Source: Candidatus Latescibacterota bacterium
GTDB taxonomy: Bacteria; Latescibacterota; UBA2968; UBA8231
Assembly (NCBI GenBank): GCA_965197905.1
Contig: CBDAOB010000005.1
Coordinates: 64,001-128,000, forward strand
Direction of reading: 5' to 3'
DNA: 64,000 bases
Shown: in pieces, positions 12,001 to 18,269 of the stretch
How positions within the stretch are numbered: the first letter of the stretch is position 1
Layout: each line of letters opens with the position of its first letter
Notes under the pieces: model-generated
Databases searched by the model: none
What the model was told of the DNA's origin: nothing
What the model saw: only the letters and a program-made list of their open reading frames with translations
Translations under genes and position numbers: made by a program

Positions 12001-14710
12001 CGGCGATCTGGATCTAGTCACGGGCAATTCAACTCAAGTAAACCGGGTCTACCTCAATTCGGGCAATAAGGATGGCACCCTCACCGCCAGCGCCACCCTC
12101 GACGAGAGCAGCACCATCAATCTGCTCTCCACCGTCGACAGTCAGGCCGAAGGGGTCGATCTCTTCGACTTCACCTTCACCGACGGCGCTGGTGGTGACG
12201 GACTCGCACTCATCGTATCGAAGCTCGTACTCAACACCTCCGGCACCGGCGCGTTCTCCCAGGTTGCCTGGCTGCTCAACGGCCCCGACGCCAGCAATGT
12301 CAGCGGCACCTACAGTTCCAGTTCCAACACCATCACCTTCTCCGGTTTGTCGATCTCGGTCGCCGACGGCGCCAGCGAGACCTACACCGTACGGGGCTAC
12401 TACACTAACACGACCGGTTTAGTGGATGGCGCGACCTTCGCTCTATCCCTGGACGGCGATACCGAGGTGACGGCAACCGCGGGTTCAAGCATGTCGGGTA
12501 GTAACGTAGCGGTTAGCAACGCAGCAGCGGCGAAGGTTGTTACTTCTCCCCTGCCGACCAACAACCGCGGGGTCCGACTGTCAGAGAGCAGTTCCGTAAC
12601 GATTTCCTCGAATTTGCTCACCTTCGCTGATGCGTCCAGCACCGCCGGACAGATCGTCTACACCATACTGGCCGCACCGACGCTGGGTCGGCTCACCAAG
12701 AGCGGTTCCACGCTGGGTGCGGGCTCTACCTTCACCCAGGACGATATCGACAACAGCCGAATCAGCTACGTCCACGGGGGTTCCGAGTTTTTTACTGACA
12801 ATTTCTCTTTTACGGTCAAAGGAACTCCGGGTTTGGCCACCGCCAACACCGCCTTCCACATCGAGATCGACCCGGTCAACGATGCGCCCCGGTTGGACGT
12901 GTTGCGTGAGGTCCAGGTGGATGAGGGTGGTAGTGTGGTCGTCAACAACGGGTATTTGCGAATACTGGACGGCGATACCCATGCCAGCAAGCTCACCTTC
13001 ACCGTGCACGAGGGTCCGTACTATGGCCGCGTCGGCCGCAGCACCTTTTCCCAGGCCGACATCGACCGATCGTTGGTAAGCTATGTGCATGATGGTTCCG
13101 AAACCCAGCGCGACAGCCTGCGTTTCAGCGTTGCCGATGCCGGCGGCGCCCAGCTTGCAAGCACCTGGCTGAGTTTCGCGATTCGGTCGCTCAACGACGG
13201 GCCGATCATCCCGTCGATTGAAAGTCCCCATATAAAGGAAGGAGAGCTACTGGTACTGGACCTGGCGGCAACCGACCCAGAAGGCGCGGCGATCACGACC
13301 ACGGTCACCGGACTTCCAACCGGGGCGACGCTCGATGGCACCATGCTCAAGTGGCTGCCCCTTTACGACCAGGCCGGATCCTATCCGTTGGCTGCTGTCT
13401 ACGACGACGGCCAGGGCGGTACCAGCCGGCTTCGCATCGATATCAACGTGTCAGACGCCCAGGTGCCGATGCTTTTGCCCGAGCCGGCTCTCGTGGACTT
13501 TGGGGACGTGCCCGCAGGGGAAACCGAGGACAAAACCTTTGCGCTGGTCAACCAGGCGCCGGTGGCGCTCGAGCTGGCACCGTTTTCCAGTACCTCCGCC
13601 AATCTCAGCGTAGCCAGTCCAGCATTTCCGGTGAATCTGGATCCGGGTCAGCGGGTGGAGATCACCGCGCGGTTTACGGCTGCCGCCGACCACGCCGACG
13701 TGCAGCAAGCGTTGCTGACCAGTGCTACGAAGCTGGGGCCGGCGGAAGTGCCGGTTGTGGGACGCAGCGTCTGGAATCGACTGGTTGCAGACAACGACGA
13801 AATCGCTTTTCTACCGGCGGTGATCGGTGACACGCGCTGGAAGCATCTGAACCTGAGCAATCCGGGGAACCTGCCGCTGGATGTCGTTGCTCAGCTGCCC
13901 GACGACACGCCCTTTGGCGTCGAGCCCAATGAATTGACCGTGCCGGGTGGCGAAGAAAAAGTCATGCGCGTTCGCTACGTGCCGGTAACGGTAGAGCCGG
14001 TGGAAGAATTGCTAACGTTGACGAGTGAGCTAGGGCAGCTGGATATCTCGCTGCGGGGACAAGGGCGTGAACCCGAGAAGGGCCAGGTTAGCATAGACTT
14101 CAATCCGGACCAGGGGAATCAGCAGCAGAACCTCATCGGCGGTGCCATTTCGGGTTCGGTGTACGTGCTTCAACTCCATGCCAGTGGAGTGCCACAGGTG
14201 TCGGGATGGAGCGTACGCATCGACTACGACCCGGAAGAGTTGTCGTACGTGGAAGGCAGCTTTGCTCCGGGTTCGTTTCTCCGCCGGTTGACGCCGCTAG
14301 AACGTGTCGGCGAGGGTTATGTGGAAGCTGGTGGTGATGCACTAGGTGGGGAGAGCTTGGCAAACGGGAACGGTGTTCTGGGGACCCTCTCATTCCAGGT
14401 GGACGACGGATTCTCGGGTCAGACCGAGCTGTCCGTAAGCCGGGTGACCTGGCATCGGGAGGACCGGATCGGGCTGGATCGCAACGTTGTGTATGCCTCT
14501 GCAAACATAACCGCCGCCGCCGTGACCTTCATCAACCCTGCAGATTTCAACGCCGATGGCAGTGTCGACACCGACGATTTCCTGTTGTTTGCGGACCAGT
14601 TTGGTCATCGCGTACCTCCGGCCGAGCCCCGCTTCGATCTGGATGGCAATGGCCGGATCAACCACCTGGATTTCTTCCTCTTTGCCGACCTGGTGCTGGA
14701 GGAGGAGTGA
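9032..14710 (+). CDS. Giant surface protein paralog 3, same architecture with a different first propeller
   Basis: 1892-aa ORF; leader almost identical to paralog 2; 7+7 FG-GAP repeats; start uncertain (9032/9044/9059). Confidence 0.9.
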   Translation: MSRPMHKAIMTEGRANVDHLSDRALYRRSEEMLFEAARLHCSGRRSGLRKRIRRYLKPYRRDRTFLASLVSSVGRALVVAYLLAQLWAAEVSAQPSFSSSSPANAKHNIAVGSNITATFSQAIASGTVSSSTFVLHGGFIGKHSTGGTASTHKDATYTGGGTTTLTLNPGANFAPGELLSVTLTTGLQNGSAQALSAAKVFQFMAATSGGPAVFSNESQNFGTGSDGTFEVVAGDVDGDGDLDLAVGNHTGQNVVYLGDGDGTFATAGNNFGPGGGQTWTVQFGDVDGDGDLDAASAEYNSQNRVYFGDGDGTFDTTNTNYGTGIDKTVQVLLGDLDGDGDLDLVGGTYTLQNVVYMGDGDGSFDTTSHNFGTGTDNTRALALGDADGDGDLDLFVGNNAAQNVVYMGDGDGTFDTTSNNFGPGTQATVDLTLGDVDGDGDLDLLVGNAAAQQNVLHLGDGDGTFDTTSINFGTGSDGTYAVRLGDLDGDGDLDLFAGNYGGQDVVYLGDGDGTFDTTSRNLGTGSEKTSTGSMGDLDGDGDLDIVVGSRNEQNVVYLNNETAFSSSSPAANANSVATTTNVSATFNKTMKAATSSTFLVYGSMTGKRAGSYSGAGSTTATFDPTKDFKPGELVEVTVTPGLQSTAGDAVQPPRVYQFRAAAAKGPVVFSHVSSDVATPTNDTWEALLGDLDADGDLDLVTGNNNQVNRVYLGNGNSTFASGNDLATPANSTRTAALGDLDGDGDVDLVTGNASSTVNRVYLSNGNGTFASGNDVATPTNNTWSVSLGDLDGDSDLDLVTTNANQVNRVYLSNGNGIFATGSDVDTPTNNSQTALLGDLDGDGDVDLVTGNASSTVNRVYLGNGNGSFASGSDVATPANTTRTAALGDLDGDGDLDLVTGNDGQVNRVYLSNGNGTFASGNDVATPTNNTWSVSLGDMDGDGDLDFVAGNYPQVNRVYLGNGNGTFATGSDVDTPTNKTFAVPLGDLDGDGDLDLVTGNSTQVNRVYLNSGNKDGTLTASATLDESSTINLLSTVDSQAEGVDLFDFTFTDGAGGDGLALIVSKLVLNTSGTGAFSQVAWLLNGPDASNVSGTYSSSSNTITFSGLSISVADGASETYTVRGYYTNTTGLVDGATFALSLDGDTEVTATAGSSMSGSNVAVSNAAAAKVVTSPLPTNNRGVRLSESSSVTISSNLLTFADASSTAGQIVYTILAAPTLGRLTKSGSTLGAGSTFTQDDIDNSRISYVHGGSEFFTDNFSFTVKGTPGLATANTAFHIEIDPVNDAPRLDVLREVQVDEGGSVVVNNGYLRILDGDTHASKLTFTVHEGPYYGRVGRSTFSQADIDRSLVSYVHDGSETQRDSLRFSVADAGGAQLASTWLSFAIRSLNDGPIIPSIESPHIKEGELLVLDLAATDPEGAAITTTVTGLPTGATLDGTMLKWLPLYDQAGSYPLAAVYDDGQGGTSRLRIDINVSDAQVPMLLPEPALVDFGDVPAGETEDKTFALVNQAPVALELAPFSSTSANLSVASPAFPVNLDPGQRVEITARFTAAADHADVQQALLTSATKLGPAEVPVVGRSVWNRLVADNDEIAFLPAVIGDTRWKHLNLSNPGNLPLDVVAQLPDDTPFGVEPNELTVPGGEEKVMRVRYVPVTVEPVEELLTLTSELGQLDISLRGQGREPEKGQVSIDFNPDQGNQQQNLIGGAISGSVYVLQLHASGVPQVSGWSVRIDYDPEELSYVEGSFAPGSFLRRLTPLERVGEGYVEAGGDALGGESLANGNGVLGTLSFQVDDGFSGQTELSVSRVTWHREDRIGLDRNVVYASANITAAAVTFINPADFNADGSVDTDDFLLFADQFGHRVPPAEPRFDLDGNGRINHLDFFLFADLVLEEE

Positions 14711-14900
14711 GGTGTTTCAAGCAGGTCTCAGGTAGTTTCTTCAGCGCAAACCCTCGCATGAGCCTCCTGCTGACCCACCATTGGGAACGTCCGCCGAGTT
14801 TGTGAGGGCGATCACTTCGTATTTTCCGTCACATTGCTATATTGAGCCATCACTCGCTCCTATTTTCTTAAGGAGCATTTTCCATTCTAGGGAGGAAGAT

Positions 14901-16910
14901 ATGGAACGGTCCGGGTACAGCAGGATTTTGCCTTGTCTCGCAGTTGCGATTTTTATGGCTCTCGGTGGAGCCGGCACGGTCACCGCCGTAGAAACACCAG
15001 AGGTCGAACCAGTGGAGCTCACCGTCGCCGCCTCGGGAGCCAAGGTGTCCTTCTCCATGTTTGGCACCGATCTCCGATTGTTCACGGCTATCCGCATCGT
15101 TTCTGACACCGATGATGATACCGATGGTATCAGGGTTGCCATGGGAAGGGCCCGGGGTGAACGCCGCAATGCGTCGATTCGCACCACTGGTGCGACACCC
15201 GGCTCGTATTCTGTGGAGCTTGTGGATATGGAAGGTGAGGTCGTCACCCTCGATCTCGCAGTGATCGTCGAGGGTTTCGAAGCTCCATCAGTACCCGACG
15301 TCAACAGGCCGCACATCAACATTCCGATCGACGGTGGGCGCGAGTCCTTCTCCATGCAGGGCCCGGATGTAGGATCGTTCACGGCGATTCGAGTTGTGTC
15401 CGACGGCGACGGAGACACGGATGGCATCGTCATCCGTATGGGTCGGGCAAGGGGTCAGCGCCGAAACGCGTCCATCCGTACCAACGATGCCGAGCCGGGC
15501 GAATATTCGGTTGAACTCGTCCACGGGCAAGGTGGGCCGACCCAACTAGGGATGACATTGCTCGTCTTCGAGCTTGCAGCTCCGCGTGTACGACCGGAAC
15601 GAATCGAACTTGCGCTCGATGGCCAGCAGGTGGATTTCGAATTGAGAGGCCCCGGTCTCAGTCTTTTTGAGGAGATTCACCTGCTAGACGATGAGGGTGG
15701 CGACAATACGGAAGGAATGGCCGTTGGGATGTCACCAAGAGCAGCTGCAGACAGGCGCGGCGCCTGGGCGAGGGCCGATGACGGAGCTTCTCCCGGTCTC
15801 TATCGCGTCGAACTGCTCGACGGAGACGGTGAGGTCTACGAGCTGGACCTGGAGATAGCGGTTGAAGGGGAGCCGCCGCAGGATGAAGGGGACTCTGACG
15901 TTGTCGCTGAGGATGACGATCGATCGTTTGGTGGAGGGGGCGGCGGTAGCTTTGATGACGACGTGGACCAGATGGTCGTCGCGAAAGCGTTCAACGTCGA
16001 AATCAACGGTGAGTTCATACCCGTAGTGAGTTATTCCGGTGGGGATATTACAGGTGAGAAAGCTGAAGCTAGCTCTGGCAGCAGCCAGCACAACGAATCC
16101 ACCATGGGTCACAACTACATCACCAACCTGACGTTGGAGTCTTTCTTTACTGCGGACAGTCACATGATTCAGGATCTGGTGATGGGATGGATCCAGGAGT
16201 CCGGTGGCCCCGTTGATGTTGCAATCACCGAACTGGCCAAAGACAAGTCCGTCGTGAAGACCTACGTCTATTCGGATTGTATTCCCGTTTCCTACCAGCC
16301 GCCTAGGGTGGCGGCCAACGCTAGCGAACTGTTGAAGCACCAATTGACCCTGAAGCCGGCTCGGTTAGAGGTATCCAGCGCCGAACCAAACCCAGAAGAG
16401 TATTTTGCGCCCGAGGCAAGGGACCTGCTGTACTCATTCCTCGAAGCGCTTGTGCCCAGTGCGGAGGCTGCACAAACGGAATCAGACCAGATGATCTTCT
16501 CGAAGTACTTCGAACTGGAGGTGGTAGGCATATATCAAAGCGTCCCGGGAGCCGTGAGCGTCTTTCCGGGGACTGTGTATTGGTCAAGCGAGGAAGCGAC
16601 CAGGGGGGATAAGCCAGATTGGCGCGAGTACACCTGGTCGTTCGATCGTTTTGAAGACTGGACTATCGAAGTCCAGCAAGGTCCCGGAATGATTAATCTG
16701 CAGAAGTATGCGGACGATGCTCTCAAAGAGGGAGCTCAATCACGAACGTTTTCTGTGCGTTTTCTGGCGCGGGACAAGTCAACGGTGCTTGGAAGTATGC
16801 ATGCACTCGGCACGCCGGTCGAGGTTATGGAGGCCGGTGATCCCGATTCGCAAGTGAAGCGGATCCAATACACCATAGAGGTTGAGAATCTTACCTTTGG
16901 GGACGATTGA
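14901..16910 (+). CDS. Signal-peptide protein: three Ig/IPT-like repeats + two tandem phage tail-tube (T4 gp19/Afp1-Afp5-like) domains
   Basis: RBS GGAGG before ATG 14901; signal peptide MERSGYSRILPCLAVAIFMALGGAGTVTA; three ~95-aa repeats; tube-like pattern FNVEING..SGGD..E..G..ITNLTL..W..I..KDKSVVKTY..CIP..P, with a more divergent second copy. Confidence 0.72.
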   Translation: MERSGYSRILPCLAVAIFMALGGAGTVTAVETPEVEPVELTVAASGAKVSFSMFGTDLRLFTAIRIVSDTDDDTDGIRVAMGRARGERRNASIRTTGATPGSYSVELVDMEGEVVTLDLAVIVEGFEAPSVPDVNRPHINIPIDGGRESFSMQGPDVGSFTAIRVVSDGDGDTDGIVIRMGRARGQRRNASIRTNDAEPGEYSVELVHGQGGPTQLGMTLLVFELAAPRVRPERIELALDGQQVDFELRGPGLSLFEEIHLLDDEGGDNTEGMAVGMSPRAAADRRGAWARADDGASPGLYRVELLDGDGEVYELDLEIAVEGEPPQDEGDSDVVAEDDDRSFGGGGGGSFDDDVDQMVVAKAFNVEINGEFIPVVSYSGGDITGEKAEASSGSSQHNESTMGHNYITNLTLESFFTADSHMIQDLVMGWIQESGGPVDVAITELAKDKSVVKTYVYSDCIPVSYQPPRVAANASELLKHQLTLKPARLEVSSAEPNPEEYFAPEARDLLYSFLEALVPSAEAAQTESDQMIFSKYFELEVVGIYQSVPGAVSVFPGTVYWSSEEATRGDKPDWREYTWSFDRFEDWTIEVQQGPGMINLQKYADDALKEGAQSRTFSVRFLARDKSTVLGSMHALGTPVEVMEAGDPDSQVKRIQYTIEVENLTFGDD

Positions 16911-16997
16911 TGATATCACTCGTCCGCGTCCCCCGCGCTGCACGGCCATGAGGTCTTGTTCGGCGGCGCCCCGTTCATCATATTATCATCGCTTGCC

Positions 16998-17033
16998 ATG
17001 TGAGGAGCATCCGTGCTCCTCATATTCATTTTT
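16998..17033 (+). terminator. Intrinsic terminator-like hairpin
   Basis: ATGTGAGGAGCA-TCCG-TGCTCCTCATAT stem followed by TCATTTTT. Confidence 0.6.
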
Positions 17034-17066
17034 GATTCTGTCCCCGCTATCCCAAGGAGGTGAACC

Positions 17067-17381
17067 GTGAAATACATGGTTGAGCTGAGCGTGGATGCGC
17101 AGACCGGCAACGAGATCGAATCCCAACCGGGCGGTCCGGGTCCCGTCGTAGAGAGAATTCTCGACAGGTTCAAGCCGGAAGCGGTCTATATGACCGTGAC
17201 CGAGCGCAAGATCTACATGGTCGTAGATCTCGACGACCCCGCATCGACGGCCGAACTGATGGTCGCCGGCGCGAAAATCGCGGGAAGTTATCCCAAATTC
17301 ACGCCCGTCATTGCCGGCGCCGATTTTCCCGAAGTGGTCGGGAAAGCACTTCCCGCCGCAAACGCGATCGTTAACGGTTAA
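17067..17381 (+). CDS. Small hypothetical protein (GYD/DUF3303-like ferredoxin fold)
   Basis: Strong RBS AAGGAGGTGA; KPEAVYMTVTERKIYMVVDLDD pattern. Confidence 0.6.
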   Translation: MKYMVELSVDAQTGNEIESQPGGPGPVVERILDRFKPEAVYMTVTERKIYMVVDLDDPASTAELMVAGAKIAGSYPKFTPVIAGADFPEVVGKALPAANAIVNG

Positions 17382-17397
17382 CAAGAGGAGGAGGCCA

Positions 17398-18057
17398 ATG
17401 GCACTCAGAATAAACGACGAAGCCCCCGATTTCACCGCCGAGAGCACGGAAGGCACGATAAGCTTCCACGACTGGATCGGCGACGGATGGGCGATTCTAT
17501 TTTCACACCCGAAGGATTTCACGCCGGTCTGCACGACTGAGCTAGGCGCCATGGCCGGGTTGAAACCCGAGTTCGCCAAACGCAATTGTAAGGTTCTGGG
17601 CATAAGCGTCGACGGCGTCAGCGACCATCAGAAATGGTCGAAGGATATCGAATCTTCCCAGGGTCATGCCGTCAATTACCCGCTGGTCGGCGATCCCGAG
17701 CTGAAGGTAGTCAAAGCCTTTGATATGCTGCCTGCCGATGCCGGCGACAGCTCCGAAGGCCGCACGCCGATGGACAACGCCACGGCTCGTTCGGTTTTCC
17801 TCATCGGTCCTGACAAGAAGATCAAAGCGTCGTTGACTTATCCGATGAGCACCGGCCGCAACTTCGCCGAGATCCTGCGCCTGCTGGATTCATGCCAGCT
17901 CACCGCGGAAAAGAAAGTGGCCACGCCGGTCAACTGGCAGCAGGGTGACGATGTGATCATCGTGCCGGCGGTCTCGGACGAGGATGCCAAAAAGACCTAT
18001 CCGGATGGCTGGAAGACGCCGTTGCCGTATATCCGCATCGTGCCGCAGCCGAAATAA
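17398..18057 (+). CDS. 1-Cys peroxiredoxin (Prx6 family)
   Basis: FSHPKDFTPVCTTEL, YPMSTGRNFAEILR and TPVNW motifs; RBS GAGGAGG. Confidence 0.95.
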   Translation: MALRINDEAPDFTAESTEGTISFHDWIGDGWAILFSHPKDFTPVCTTELGAMAGLKPEFAKRNCKVLGISVDGVSDHQKWSKDIESSQGHAVNYPLVGDPELKVVKAFDMLPADAGDSSEGRTPMDNATARSVFLIGPDKKIKASLTYPMSTGRNFAEILRLLDSCQLTAEKKVATPVNWQQGDDVIIVPAVSDEDAKKTYPDGWKTPLPYIRIVPQPK

Positions 18058-18060
18058 CGG

Positions 18061-18122
18061 GTGAAACCGCTTTGAGCGGTTCACAAATCAAGCCTCCGGC
18101 TCTGCCGGAGGTCCCGGTGACT
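18061..18122 (+). mobile_element. IS200/IS605-end-like (REP-like) double-hairpin remnant
   Basis: Hairpins GTGAAACCGC-TTTGA-GCGGTTCAC and CCTCCGGC-TCT-GCCGGAGG followed by TGACT; resembles IS200-family right ends from recall; flanked by an 11-bp direct repeat. Confidence 0.45.
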
Positions 18123-18158
18123 GACGATATTTTCTCATTCGGCGAAAAGCCAACTAAT

Positions 18159-18203
18159 AACGGGTGCCTTTGCCACAGGGATGGTGAAGGCACCCGTTTT
18201 CTT
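18159..18203 (+). terminator. Intrinsic terminator of the peroxiredoxin gene
   Basis: 17-bp stem AACGGGTGCCTTTGCCA / TGGTGAAGGCACCCGTT (two G-U pairs) followed by TTCTT. Confidence 0.65.
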
Positions 18204-18269
18204 GCGGTCAAGGCGGTCAGAAGCGTAGATGCATCTGATGCAACTTCACCAGCATCCAATGATACAGCT

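Noticed and set aside
3780..12060. Regular ~147-bp repeats as a CRISPR array or DGR
   Set aside because: They are in-frame, degenerate FG-GAP coding repeats; no cas genes, spacers, reverse transcriptase or template repeat in the window
157..14665. Recurrent antisense and alternate-frame ORFs within the three paralogs
   Set aside because: They recur because the sense genes are paralogous and GC-rich; no independent coding motifs
14901..16910. Prophage, T6SS or complete eCIS locus
   Set aside because: No sheath, baseplate, spike, terminase, capsid or ATPase genes nearby; only the fused tube-like domains
18072..18269. N-terminal extension of the ASPIC/UnbV ORF
   Set aside because: Overlaps the hairpin element and terminator; the signal peptide starts at ATG 18270
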